From: Podarcis filfolensis
Taxonomy: Eukaryota
Direction: 5' to 3' (one strand)
Assembly: GCA_964270895.1 (NCBI GenBank)
Contig: OZ185438.1
DNA: 64,000 nt
Numbering within the stretch: the stretch's first letter is position 1; each line of letters opens with the position of its first letter. Shown here one piece after another: positions 38,964-52,600 of this stretch. A model generated the notes under the pieces. The model saw only the letters and a program-made list of their open reading frames with translations. It was not told the DNA's origin and searched no databases. Position numbers and translations under genes: made by a program.

Positions 38964-39892
38964 CTGAAAGAGACGGGAAATGGTTCATCTTTTTTGTTTC
39001 AAATCAGTAAGCCAGTCTTGTAACTAGACTTGCCTGCTCACCTAGGGTGAACAAGCAATAAACCCCAAGCGAAGCACCTGAATGACATATGCCAGCAGCC
39101 TGATATCCTTCTGCCTAGCAAAGGATACACACACACACATGTATATATATAGAATTGCTATCCCACCCTTTCTCCCAAAGGAGCTTAGGAGAACAAACAA
39201 TGGAGTAGTAAAAAGAATACAATTAAAATAAAGTAAAACATATTTAAAACATTTAAGAACAATGAAGAATATTTTAAAGCATGTAAAAACAGTCATATAA
39301 CCTCACAACAACTAATAATTCCAAGGTTGTTGCGAATAGGATCTTTCACCCGTCAGGTGTTTGGGTGAACAGGCATTTTCAAAAATTCCTCTTCAATGTT
39401 TATAATGAGGGAGTGGGGAAAGAGAGAGAAACCTCACCAGGGAGGGCCTTCCCTGGTTTGTTTTAATTCATGCTGGGAGAAAGTTGGGATAGAAAGAAAA
39501 TAAATAAAGGAAATTCCACAAATGGGAAACCACTACTAAGAAGGCCTTGCTGTGGGTCAGCACCAAGAAGGCAACATCCAGTGGCGATAGCATCAACCAG
39601 GGCTCCCCGCTGATCGAAGGACATTTTCAATCACCTTTTATATTAATCTCTTCTCTGAACATAAACACACCCAGGTCCTTCAGCCTTTATTCACAGGAAT
39701 TTTTCTCAAAGCTCCTCACCATCTTTGCCATTTTGATTCTTACTCTCTTCATTGTCATTCAAGCACCTCCCCCTGCCCCCTCCTAAAAAATGTGGACCGC
39801 AATAATTAGAAAGAAAAAGGAGGGAAATCAGGAGAGCAAAAGGCATTTTCCCTCCCTTCCTTTTCTCCCCTTCTCCCAGGAGCTGCACTCAC

Positions 39893-40103
39893 CTGAGCCT
39901 CAGGCTGCCCCTCTCTGCCCTGTAATCAGAGCATGTCTGTGGCCTAGATGTGCCACCTCCACTGATGACTCCTGCCCAGTATTCTGCATCACCATCCATG
40001 TCTCCTGAAGGGGGAAGCGGCTTCCTGCGCACCTGGCGGTAAGATTGGCGGAAGTTGGCATCTTCCTCATGCAAGGAGCTGAGCTCTGAGATGGTGTTAT
40101 TGT
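39893..40103 (-). CDS. ILDR2: ILDR2 exon 8
   Basis: atcccag acceptor, GTGAG donor, 211 bp, phase 1-2; YNNTISELSSLHEEDANFRQSYRQVRRKPLPPSGDMDGDAEYWAGV... Confidence 0.95.
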
Positions 40104-40496
40104 CTGGGATGAAAGAAGGCACAGAAATGCTGGAAACCATGGAGATGATAAAAATAACTCAAAAGACATTGGGGAAAATAGCAATCTAACGCTCATGGAT
40201 TGTTGGAGAGCCTTCGCATACCAGAACAGAATTAATTCCTCAAGAAACACTAGATGTTGTATAGAATATCTAAATATTGTATAACAGATCCATCCTTTCT
40301 GGATGGATGATTACCTGTAGAATTTTTTCTTTTATGAAAATAAACATTGTGTGTATGTGTGAGAGAGAACTATAAAAATGGTGAGGGGGCTATTGGGTTG
40401 TTGGTTTTATTTTTATTATGTATTTGTGTGGTTTTATATTTTGATTTTATTCTGTGAACCGCCCTGAGACCCCCAGGTATAGGCCTGCATATGAAT

Positions 40497-40498
40497 TC

Positions 40499-40548
<50 letters not shown>
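40497..40548. repeat. (AAT)n microsatellite, probable retroelement tail
   Basis: Seen directly; preceded by a tgtgaaccgccctgag LINE/SINE 3' motif. Confidence 0.9.
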
Positions 40549-40550
<2 letters not shown>

Positions 40551-41084
40551 GTGGTGGTGAAGTAAGACTTGTCTGTGTCAAACCAACCTTATCAGAAATG
40601 TGAATTTAGTTATCAAAAGCAATGCTAAAACTGTTTTTCCTTTACCTTTTCTTATTAAAAAATATAAACCAATCAAAAAAATATCAAAGCAGTGCACATA
40701 AAATAATTATCAATGCTACACAGATAAAATCTGCAATTTTAAAAAATGAGGATACATGACTACATGAGTGGATCCAAAGAAGGCAAAAAGGGAAAGGACC
40801 CCTGGATGGTTAAGTCCACCCAAAAGCGACTATGGGGTTGTGGAGCCCATCTCGCTGCCATTCATTCCTATGAAGAAGAGTATAAACCAATTTGGGGACA
40901 ACAAACCTGCCTACACCCACAACAGGAACTTATGGGAAGAATGGTATGCCCCACCTTCAGGCAACTCCAAGGTTATGGTGGACCAATGTTTCTCATCATC
41001 ACTAAAACAAAAACAAAAACCCAAAGCACCAGATTCAAAAGGGAAAGAGGCAACACAGAGCACTACTTAAGCTGCTCTTCCCTA

Positions 41085-41170
41085 CTTCGTCACACGGATT
41101 CGAACCGCCGACCTTCCGATCAGCAAGCCCAAGAGGCTCAGTGGCTTAGACCACAGCACCACCTGCTCCC
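41085..41170 (-). mobile_element. Sauria SINE (Squam1) 5' fragment
   Basis: The minus strand reads ggtggtgctgtggtctaagccactgagcc...gatcggaaggtcggcggttcgaatcc. Confidence 0.7.
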
Positions 41171-42488
41171 TTACAGATCCAAAGAACCACAAGGCTAGCT
41201 CTACGTGTCAGTGAGAGATGTAGTACTGTCTCTCACCATCAACAGTCTTTCATGTAAGAAAGTAAGAAGGTATTGGAAAAACATTTCTAACTTGGCGTGA
41301 GGGTCTGCTGCTGAAAAGGAAAAAGGTACAGGGAATCAACAGGACTTGTCCCAGCCCCTGAATGCACCCAAGTAGATTTTTTTGGATTCTTAATGCAAAA
41401 CCAATGTATACACTGTATTGCTCATAAAGATTTCCATATGCATTTTTTCACAGGTACTCCTCCATAGCAATAAAACATAGGAGAAGCACCCTACTGTGTG
41501 TCAGAATTATATGCATTCTGTCTCACTCTTTCTGGAGTGGGAGATAGACCGGCTCTGTGTGATTAACCAAACTTAGCTTTTTAAAATGACGTGCTCTTTC
41601 CCTCCCATCACCCCCATTGCCTAACCCACTGCACATAGTGACATCTGGATCCTAGGCATCCCAATCTGGAGGAAACCTTTTTATAGTATTTCTTGTGGGT
41701 GGAAATGGCAGCATGTTCAGTGATGACTGCTTGAGTACACCATGTAATTTTTTAGTTTTTTCCCCTCAAAGCTGTGATTAAAGTCATTCCTTGAGTCTGT
41801 CAAGTGATTGAGGCAGCTTGTGTATCTCTGACAGCCAGGACCAAGTGGCACTAATGGGCTGAATCTATTGAATGTGTATGCTAAAAATAGAGGGCAGCAT
41901 TTTTATCTGTATTTTTTTTTAACTGTATTAGACATATCTGAATGGACTTGATGAGTCAGTGACTTGGACCACCTCAGTATGTAGCAATTTATTTCCTGCC
42001 ATCTTTTGCTAGAAATGATGGATGTGTACAGACATACATAATGTGGGGGTGAGCCCTATGTGGAAATGCACTCACTGTGTTTTTCTCTCCCGGACTGAAC
42101 TCAGAAGAAACCATTTCTGTGTCTTTACAGCAGAAGGCAATTGTTCACCCTGCTGGTTGGTGGAAACTGATGGCATTACTAACTCACATTCAACCCCTTT
42201 CCTGAAGCACTTATTTCAATATTTTAAAAACTGTTTCCAATTTTTTAAAAAATGGCAGGGAGGGAGATGAATGTGGATGTGGTGCAATTAAGAAAGGTGG
42301 ATGCCTTGTTGAAGAAACATGTTACTTTGCATCCTGTTAGTAGCCCAGTCTTCACCAAATAGTTTATATCAGTGCGATCACCATTACAGGTTAAGGGGAC
42401 AGGGGAGTTTGCATTAACATTCCATTCTATTTTGAATGAAACAATGTTGGGTTTTACTAGAAATAGCTGAACAAGTTCCATCTCTTAC

Positions 42489-42602
42489 ATCTCTCTCGCA
42501 TCCTCCTCGATGGGTCAAACTGAGCCAGTTCTTTCTCGACATAGTACAGCACCTTCATAGAATCTCTCTCTTTGTCAGCCTGGATACGGTAGCCTTTCCG
42601 CA
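42489..42602 (-). CDS. ILDR2: ILDR2 exon 7
   Basis: ccaacag acceptor, GTAAG donor, 114 bp; VRKGYRIQADKERDSMKVLYYVEKELAQFDPSRRMRER. Confidence 0.97.
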
Positions 42603-44781
42603 CTGTTGGAGAAGTAGTAAATAACTGGTCAGTATGTATTCTTTCCAAAAAATAACTTTCAAGTCCTCCTAAACTAAGAATCAAATCAGGATGCCTAACT
42701 AGTTCCTGATTGCAGGGGAGAACAGAATCTTATGTGTTCGTTAACTCAAAAGCCACAGGGAAATTCACAAACAATTACACACTTCCAAACCCTGAAGATT
42801 TCAGTGGAAAAGTCAGCGCATTCTTCTCTGAAATAAGTGGACCTTTAAAATATGGAACTATAAAGTGTGGGATCATGCCTAATTTGAATAACAGCAGTGA
42901 ATGCCAGTTTCCTCAAACATTGTGTTTATTGCCTCTTGCCAACAAGAGTGTCTATGACGTGGTGCTTCTTCCAATATGAATGTCTCTTTATTATTACGAT
43001 AAAACTTTATTCATCTTTTCCGTTTATGAAAGTGACTTTTTAACTGCTAGTGACCTTGATGGAAATTAGAGTGGCATTATACAGTCATCATCTCTTGTAG
43101 TCCCAGAGGTTATTTTGGCCTTTGGATATCTATTTGGGTAGCTTGCATAATTTCTGTAATTGACAGGGAAATTAGCCATCCTCCCCCCCCCCAGCCCCAT
43201 TGCAGCTGTGTAGTAGGAAAAATATATACCCTATTTTGTGGGATGTAGATATGAATATCAGAGTGAGTTTAGATTTGTTGACTGATCCCAAACCATTAAG
43301 GAAGACACTCCTAAAATAAAAAATGAGCTTAATGGGACTTACTCCCAAGTAAGTGCAACATATTTGCAGCCTTAAAGAAATGTCTAGTGTGGTCAGTAAA
43401 GTTCTTGTGAGTCATTCAGTCAGGATTTTATTCCATTATCTATTCCATATAAATCAGAGATGATTATAGTAACCCATGCAACAGTATTTATAACAATTGC
43501 CCATGCCTGGTACCTGAGAAGTGAGAGGGTGGGAAGGATTTAGCCGTGCTTTATAATGTATGCAACCAATTTAAAGTAGTTTCAGAGAAGCAGACCCAAC
43601 ACCATGTCCAATAACAATGAAATGAAAAATGCAGTGGGTTGTTGGCTTGTTTTTCAAAGTATGTGTCGACTGAGCATCCTAGTTCAGTACAGCCATTTCT
43701 GTGCAGTGACATTTAAAGCACACACACAACATGTTGGGTTGTTTATGATACTTTTCAGTTCAATATAATTCTGCTTTTGGTCAAATACTGATTTATCACT
43801 CCTGAATCTGCTCCAGATCTTTTTGTTAATAATGAAAGAATGTTTTAACAGTTCCCCTTAACTCATCCATTCTTATTTTGAGTGGAGGAGAGCAGAAACG
43901 CACAGATTATTTAAACCCTTTTTTCCAGTGACTTTTCCAATGATCCCTCAAAAGGTCAGTACACTAGTACAAGGGCACAGGAGCTTTATTGCCAGTATTT
44001 GGTCATCAATTGCTTTTTCAGGAATGTCATCTCAGTGCAGTGCTGCTATTACCAATTAGATTCTTCCTTCCGAAATGCCACATGCCGTTTCAAGAGCTAG
44101 TAGTACAAGCATTTGATCCTAAAGTATTGCACAGGACTGTTGATAAAGAACACCTGCCATTTTCTTTGGCTGCCTATCACTGATAAGCAAAAAGGCATGT
44201 AGTGCTATCCTAAGCACGTTCCACTACGTTCAGCAGAACTTGCTGCTGACCAATGTCCATAGGATTGCACAAAGTTTTTCTCTGTCTCTTAATCACAGAT
44301 CAGTACTGATTCAAGGCATGTGTGACATAACCAAAAGCACATGGAAATATGCACTGGGCATGCTGCCACCACACTGAACACTTGAAATGGGGCATGGTTT
44401 TCTTCTAAAAAATTCCAGGCAAAATATGTGGTGGGAAAATATATATAATACCATAAATTTTTGCTCATGAGTGGTAGAGATGAAGCAGAGGTGCAAAAAG
44501 GATTTGTGTTTTTACTTTGCATGATTGTGCAAACTCGCACATTTCTTAATTTTGATCTACAACTGTCCATCAAAAAACATACAAAGAAGTTTGTACCTTA
44601 TTTTTCAGGAAAAGTCACCCTTTCCTAATCTCAAAACTTTTCCAGTTAGAATGAGGATATCCCTTGGTTTTGTTAATTTAATTCCATGTGAATACACTTG
44701 TATACATTTTCCTCCTATTCTGCTTCATTTGAGGGCCCTACTGATATATTCTGACAAAGACCCAGAAAGCATCCAGATTAC

Positions 44782-44961
44782 CACTTTGTCCTCCTGCGCT
44801 GGATTCACTTGCTGCCAAGGGAGGAAGGTGTGACTTCTCCATCAGGACAGCATGAGATGGGACTCCAGCCGCAGAGTGGACAGAGGGAATATAATAAGGC
44901 CCAGGGATTGATGTAACGGTTGAAGGGTATCCAGCCTTCGCAGCCTTTCCTGCTTCATATA
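44782..44961 (-). CDS. ILDR2: ILDR2 exon 6
   Basis: ttttccag acceptor, GTAATC donor, 180 bp; LYEAGKAAKAGYPSTVTSIPGPYYIPSV...SAGGQS. Confidence 0.95.
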
Positions 44962-46089
44962 CTGGAAAAAAAGATAATAATTAAAAACGAAGCATTCACC
45001 CTGTAGTGCTTCCCATTTAACAGTTTGTAACTGCTTTTGATTTTAGCAACAGAAATTGCAACAGCCAATTGATTCTTCCAAGATCTTTTAAATGAGATGC
45101 TACTGAACCCATTTTAAACAAACAAGCTCAGCAAGTGTCATCAGAAATGTTTTCATGTTTCAGAGATATTATGGTCTATATATCTTCAGCAGCAAAATCA
45201 GGTTCAGGTCATAACAAGACTTTCTATCAAGTATATTTCTGCAAAATAATCAGATGATTTGTTTATTTAAAAAGGGGATTAATTAAAAATAATTAAACCA
45301 CCGAGTAAACAAATGCAGAACCTAAATGAAATTTGAGGGAAATTACCCAGAAGCCTAATTAGCAAAGAGCATTCACCATGTAAATAGATTCTGTTTAATT
45401 TATCTTATAGCATCATAGCAGTTCACCTTTAATACTACTGGAAGCCTCAAGCATGTATTAAAAGCCTGCAACTAGTTGGCCAAAGATTCCAACTTATATC
45501 AGAATGGGATTTGGCTTCTCACAGCAGACACAGGTGTGCACTGAGCATTCATGTGACTGATATTTCCTTCCACACGGTCACCCTGATCCAGCAAGATCTG
45601 TGTGTGGAAGAAAGCTTCTGTGCATGCAACCAGATGGATTTAAGATGCACACCTGGCTGCTCATTTACATCTGCATTGCTATGGACATCCAGTCACCATT
45701 CAGCTGACTGGTCCATCTTTAGATTTATTTAACATATGTTCATTTGGCTTCTGCTGTTGACTGAAGTCACTCACAAACATCAAGGAGACATCAAAATTCA
45801 TCAGTAATTATGCAGTCACTTTTTAAAAAAAAAAAAACAACCCACCTTTTCAAAGTTAACAGTAAAAACAATGGGTTGATTCCATTGCTGGCTTTTGAAA
45901 ATCCCCCTATCTACTGTATCTCTCCACATTATTTTCCTTCTGTTCAGAGGGTTCACCAACCCTCATGAGGTGTTTCCCAGAAGGAAAAAGCAGCTGCAGT
46001 AGAAGATAAGACCAAAATTGAGTGCCCCAGTTTGCACAGGTGTATTTGCTTACTACTGATGGGAAGCCACCACTGGATGCAAGAGACCC

Positions 46090-46270
46090 AAGGAAGCTGC
46101 CTTATACCAAGTTGGATCATTGGTCCATCTAGTTCAGCATTGTCTACACTAACTGACAGCAGCTCTATAGGATTTAAGAAAGGGTTCTTTCCCAGTCCTA
46201 CCTGGGCGTGCCAGTTTGAACCTGGGACATTTTGCATGAAAAGCAGGTGCTCTACTATAGAGCCCAACCC
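46090..46270 (-). mobile_element. tRNA-derived SINE (Squam2-like)
   Basis: ggaagctgccttatac...ggtccatctag...ttgaacctgggac...gctctac pattern. Confidence 0.65.
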
Positions 46271-46762
46271 TATACAGATACATACTCCTCTCATCCAAAC
46301 CAGTGAAAGCCTGAACAAATAGATAGGCCTTCATGGATTTTTCAAAAGGCTAGCAGGAAGGAATACTGATAATCCTCTTTCCAAGGGGCTGTTCAAAGGG
46401 TGTTTTAAAGCCTCATAAGAACTAGCTGCTCAACTCCACCCAGAGCCCACAAATTGAAGATAGCTGCGGCTGGATTAGAGCCAATCTATTTTGCAGTCAC
46501 CCCATGGATGATTGACATCCATATGAAACTCGGCTCTGTGAAAGGTCAACCAATACACGTTTGGCTTCTCAGTTCCCAAGGCAATTCGTCAGCCTGATTT
46601 TAATGAGCAACAATACTTTAGGGCTGACAGCTGGATCCTTCAGTTCCATGAGAAGCACAGGAGGAGAAATATCATTTTAGCAATGAATACGGCAAGGAAG
46701 ATGGTGTATCTACATGAAAAAGTGCTTCACAATTTGGTCCACATTGTGAACAAGTCACTCAC

Positions 46763-46909
46763 GTGCCCGTGGACAGCAGCAGGTATCTGGGCAGCAGGGG
46801 CAGCGGACGTAGCAACAGCAGCTATGAGGACAGCACTGGCACCAGCAGATCCCAACCAGGAGGAAGAAGAGGAAGACCCCCAGGATCACCAAGCCCACAA
46901 ACACCCACT
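46763..46909 (-). CDS. ILDR2: ILDR2 exon 5, transmembrane helix and Cys-rich region
   Basis: ctttccag acceptor, GTGAG donor, 147 bp; [49 protein letters not shown]. Confidence 0.97.
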
Positions 46910-47429
46910 CTGGAAAGAGAGAGATGCAAATGTGTCAAAATGTTAGGACCATTAGCCAGTTAAGACTATTTAGATTAATTCACTGCGTGTGTGTGTTTAC
47001 AAAAACCTTGGAATGAGTGTCTTTGGGGAATACTAAAGGACATGTAAATCAATTGAATTTGATAAATGAAAACATCTATTAATGCTTAGAAGGAAAGGCC
47101 ACCTTCAATACCTTTCACCCCATACAGTCAACCCCCTATTTATGCACGTTCAATAAGTACACAACCACGCACACACGCATCATACAGAACCTGGAAATGA
47201 CCCGAAAACGTCACGAAAACATCACCAAAAGTGCAGAATGGGGCAGGGGCCCAGCCCCCTCATAAAAAACTGCCTCAGCCCCTAGGAGTCAGCACCTATG
47301 CTATGATCTATAGATTGCTTCCATTATAGCTAATGTTTACCTGGAGACCCAAATAAAGCTATAATTATCCAAAGATTGTACTGCCCCAAGAAAAGAAAAG
47401 TGCTTTTGCCCATCTCTCATAGAATGCCA

Positions 47430-48127
47430 CAGAATGTGGCAGCTAGGCTGGTGACTGGGAATGGCCGCTGAGACCACATAACACCTGTCTCCCAGTACGT
47501 TTCCGAGCACAATTCAAAGTGTTGGTGCTGACCTTTAAAGCCCTAAACAGCCTCGGTCCAGTAAACCTGAAGGAGCGTCTCCATCCCCATCATTCTACTG
47601 AGGTCCAGCACCGAGGGCCTTCTGGTGGTTCCCACACTGCGAGAAGCAAAGCTACAGGGAACCAGGCAGAGGGCCTTCTCGGTAGTGGCGCCCGCCCTGT
47701 GGAACGCCCTCCCACCAGATGTCAAAGAGAAAAACAACTACCAGACTTTTAGAAGACATCTGAAGGCAGCCCTGTTTAGGGAAGCTTTTAATGTTTAATA
47801 GACTATTGTATTTTAATACAGTGGTACCTCGGGTTAAGTACTTAATTCGCTCCGGAGGTCCGTACTTAACCTGAAACTGTTCTTAACCTGAAGCACCACT
47901 TTAGCTAATGGGGCCTCCCGCTGCCACTGCGCCGCCGGAGCATGATTTCTGTTCTCATCCTGAAGCAAAGTTCTTAACCTGAAGCCCTATTTCTGGGTTA
48001 GCGGAGTCTGTAACCTGAAGCGTATGCAACCTGAAGCGTATGTAACCCGAGGTACCACTGTATTCTGTTGAAAGCTGCCCAGAGTGGCTGGGGAAACCCA
48101 GCCAGATGGGCAGGGTATAAATAATAA

Positions 48128-48175
<48 letters not shown>
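47430..48175 (+). mobile_element. L2 3' fragment with (TTA)n tail, interrupted by a MITE
   Basis: AARLVTG...HITPV remnant, L2-type 3' UTR and TTA-repeat tail; MITE inserted at the TA at 47817. Confidence 0.75.
47817..48062. mobile_element. Tc1/mariner MITE family 1, nested in L2
   Basis: TIRs and TA TSD. Confidence 0.9.
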
Positions 48176-48177
<2 letters not shown>

Positions 48178-48530
48178 ATGCAACATCATACAAACAAATC
48201 AGAAAGAATACTCAATAAACAGCAGGCATCATAGAATCTCCCTGCAAACTTTGTAAAAACAAATCTTTATGAATGCTTGATGGACAGGTTGGTATGGAAG
48301 TGACCCAAGTGAATGGTCCCATGACTAACAACAAAGTCACCGTTGTCTTTGCATGCTCCGTGCCACTTGCTAAAGCCCCGGTTGTTCTCCCCAATTGCTA
48401 GTTGCAAGCAGTTATGGAAAAGACGGGGAATCAAGGGCACATGCACAAGCAGATGAATGCACAAGATGCTGTGGTTGAATGGGAAGATAAAGTAGAAGAA
48501 GAATGAATAAAGTGTTAGATGACGGAGTAC

Positions 48531-48587
48531 CTGGCATAATCTCCACAGCAAAACTGGGCAAGAGATCAGCAAGCAGCCCTGTCCTGC
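48531..48587 (-). CDS. ILDR2: ILDR2 exon 4, 57-bp frame-preserving cassette
   Basis: ttttctag acceptor, GTACTC donor; GRTGLLADLLPSFAVEIMP. Confidence 0.95.
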
Positions 48588-49091
48588 CTAGAAAAGACAG
48601 AGGAGGGGAAAGAAGGAGAGAGGTTAGTGCAGGAAAATCACTCCCTTGCCTTAGCATGAAGCCTGCTCTTATGTTATGATGAGGTCTCTATGCTAGGGAT
48701 GGGGAGACATTTGATTCAGTTTCACATTTAGAAGTGAATTCACACTTCCAAAACAGTACAAGAACAAACCCACAGCCATCCTGCAAAATTCGCATTATTC
48801 CAAATTTTGCAATGGACTTTGCCTACCAAGTAACGTGTAAAAAAAGATGTACCTGCTGGAGTAAAGTGTGCATAAAAAGGCATACAATACTGAAAATAAC
48901 ATACAAAATTTATTCTGTTAGAGAAAAGTACTACCAAAAAGGGTTTATTAGGTGAGATTATGTACAAAAATATTATTAAGAGAAATTCACGCTAAAATGC
49001 TGATGAATTTTCATGAGGACTTTCTTTTTTAAAAAAGAAATGTGATATGTAAATGTGGATAACTGAATTTAAGATTAGAAAAATGAGGAAC

Positions 49092-49654
49092 TACCGTATT
49101 TTTCGTCCCATAGGACGCTCCGTCCCATAGGACGCACCTAGTTTTTTGGGGGGGAAATAAAGGAAAAAACTTTTTCCTTTCTTTCCCCCCCAAAACCAGG
49201 TCGGGGAAACCAAACCAGGTCGGGGAACAGCGGGATGGCGGCGCTGCGCCTCCCCGCTGTCCCCCGAGCTTGTGGGGCTGGCCGATGTCTGCCCGAAGCG
49301 TGGGGCGCTCTGTTTCAGCGCGCCCCACGCTCCGTGCAGCAGGCTGCTATCTGCAGCCTAGGGAGCCCTGCGGGAACTCCCGCAGGGCTCCCCAGGCTGC
49401 AGATGTCTGCCCGGCGCGGGGGGCACTCTGCTTCAGGGCGCCCCGCGCGCCGGGCGGCAGGCTGCTATCCACGGGCTCCCCAAGCTTGCTGATAGCTTCC
49501 TGAAGCCTGGAGAGCGAGAGGGGTCGGTGCGCACCAACCCTTCTTGCTCTCCAAGCTTCAGCGAAAGCCTGTATTCGCCCCATAGGACGCACACAGATTT
49601 CCCCTTCATTTTTGGAGGGGGAAAAGTGCGTCCTATAGGGCGAAAAATACGGTA
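49092..49654. mobile_element. Tc1/mariner-superfamily MITE family 4
   Basis: TIR CCGTATTTTTCG...ATAGGACGC, TA TSD; GC/CpG-rich interior. Confidence 0.85.
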
Positions 49655-52600
49655 GTATGATTCATGTGTGGTTTCTCCCCTTTCTTATTTCTCAGTGAAC
49701 TGTACAGGAATGGATGCAGTTCCCATTCTCCACATCTTTAAACTGATACTGATTTAAAATAGGTAAAGGGTAGATATAGGAAATAGCTGCAGGAAGCACT
49801 GCTTCACAGGAGAAATAGTAACTATACATATTACATTGTTTAGCTTCATGCATACATATGTATCTTAATGAAACAAGACCAAAAAAATCATTTTGGCCTA
49901 GACTTTCAGTATATATGGCCTATTCCTTTTGAGACTTTATTATAGGTAGCAGTCATAAATTCTGCATTGAGCCTGCATAGATTGCTTCCAGTTGACATGG
50001 AAACAACCTGGTTCAGCGGTGCTTTACAGAAAGGAAAGGCTTGACATTGTAAAACAGTACTGTCTGCGTACTCCACAATTGTGTTAGTAGCAGCTTGGGT
50101 CATCCCAACCTTGACTGCCTCTGGTACTTTTAGAGATGTCTGGTAAAAACCTGGAGATGCAGGGAGTTGGGGATAAGGTCTCTTAAAGAAAACTGATATT
50201 CCTAAAATTAGCATTGTAATCTGGATTTTTTGTTGCAGTTAAAGCACTGATAAGATCTCAGTTAAAATGGAAAATGCAAAGAGCTGAATGATTTCCACCA
50301 TCAATCCTGGCTCTTGTGAATACCCCAGCTATACAAAATATTGGCCCAATTTCAAGGAAAATGTAATTTTATCAGCATGGTAAGTAGTAACCTGTACAGA
50401 GTTTAACATATTCACCTTCTACATTTATGCATCTATATTTTGTTACAGCTCTTGATTAAATGGATGCAATCGAACATTTTCATATCCAATTCAAGAGCCA
50501 GCTCATTAGCATGATTAGATATCATCCTGAGACCTGCAGGTTTCTTAATTGGTCAAAAAGTTAATCACCACAAGGAGCCACCCCAGTGTCAAAATAATCC
50601 ACAAAATTACTGTGGATGACCTACAGTAGAATGTTCAGATACAAATGTGTATGAATTAAGTCTCTTGGCACTCAGAAGCTCCACAAGCGCACCATGAAAT
50701 GGCAAGAAAAGGAGAGTCATCTTGAATACAGTGTTATGTTGCAACTTGCTCTTAGTAGACTTATACTGCAATCCTAATGCATCTTCATTTAGCAGTGCTA
50801 TTGGATTCAATGGGACTTAATCCCACGTGACTGTCCAAATAAACTGCATGGACCATAAGATCAGTCCATTTTGCTTTACTGTATTTATTTAGAATCCATT
50901 CATGAGAAAGGGCAATATTTTATCTTCAGGAAGTTATAGGCCACCGGCTATAGAATTCTAGATACAAACTCTGTCTCCACATCAGTCAGCCAGTTCTGCA
51001 TTAAGCAAAGTTTAGACTAAGGTCACCAACTGGAATTCAATTCTACTTCTAGTTTTCCCCATTGAATAAAAAAGAGGGCTATACTTATTAAGACTACAGC
51101 ATATGTTTCTGGTCCCCTAACCATGAGGCTATTGTCAAAGCAACAATAAAAGCACTCTAAAGTCTAGTAATGCTTTCCTACCTGTTGCATTTCATCAAAG
51201 CTGCTGTTATATCACCACTGTAACATCATCAATCATGAGTGGCTCTTGGAGCCATAGTGGAACGCAAAACTGATTCTGCAGATAATGTGCTCACGTTTCC
51301 TTATAACAATAATTGTTTCTATCACCAATAGTTTTCCTGCAACTATCTTTGGGCTGAGCTATATGTTACACACATAACAAAAGGCCAGAAACTCATTTTC
51401 CTAGGGGAAAGCAGTTTGCACTAGAGAAGCAACGCAACAGGGAAGGGATCTTTAACTCTTACTATTCAGAGTGCTTCTTCCTACCAAATCCTGCTCTCTT
51501 TTCTACTGCTATCCCTACAAGGTCCCAAATCCATGGTTTAAGACACCTGGTGAGGATATGAGCACTGTTATGCTGGAAAAGGGTGCTACTCCTTCACAGT
51601 GTAGCATTTTCTTGATCTAACTGTGTCCCTCCAAAGTTCCTATTTTACTTGCTGTGAAAGGTACTGATCAGGAAAATGGCATGGGCGAAAGGCTTCGAAA
51701 CAACATGGCAGTCCTGATTCAATTCTCCCCTTCCCTTTAAAGAGAAACTAAACATTGGGAGATCCCATCACAAATCTCCCACATTTCATCTAGTTCGACC
51801 CTTCATACACATTTAAAACAGCAGCTGCACTAAACACTAGTCTCAGTTGCATGTATGTTTATGACTTTCAGTCACAAAAAGCAAATATGTAGGGAGAGAA
51901 AACTTCTAAACCAGTCTTTTCTGACCTGGTGCCCTCCAAGTGTTTTTTTACTGCTAACCCCATTGCCCCTGACCATTGAACATTTTGGCCAGGGCTGATA
52001 GTTGTGGGCCAAAACTATCAGAGGCTACCAGGTAGGAGAAGCCTGCAGATACCTGGAGCGTGGGGTCATGTTTTCCAGTTAGGGAATTGCTTGAGGCCAA
52101 GTGTGAATGCCTAAAGATCTGGAGAACTGAACATCCCAAGCACTCTCAAACTGTGATCTGGTCTCCAAAACAAAACAGATGTGGTAGCCAACCTACCAAC
52201 CCCTGTATTCCAGCACATCCTGTCAAAACAGTCAGATCGGCCTCGATTGCCAGGAACCATGCTGCACCCTCCACACTCCCTCACAGAACGGTTTACAGTC
52301 AGATTCCAGAATATAGCATACACTTCAGACAAAGCACACACACCCGCCGAAAGACTGTGTGTGTTTTGTTCTCGTCTCACAGATTTCTTCTCGCCCTTCC
52401 CTCCTGCCCACCACCCTGTCTAGTGTGAAGAATTCAATCTCTAAAGGAATTCACTAAGCTCTCTCCTTGGGGGCTAGTTCAAAGCACGGGGGTGAGGTGG
52501 AGGCGGGGCAGAGGCCATGCCTAGATCTGAACCTGATGACTTGAATATTCCAACAGAAATTAAACAGCACTAAATAACTGTGCCATCGCCCACCTTTCAG

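Noticed and set aside
49029-49592. GC/CpG-rich patch with several ORFs (CpG island or gene?)
   Set aside because: It lies entirely within a TIR-bounded MITE (49092-49654).
51182-51275. 94-bp exon-like segment in ILDR2 intron 3 (possible poison exon)
   Set aside because: Weak polypyrimidine tract and no independent support.
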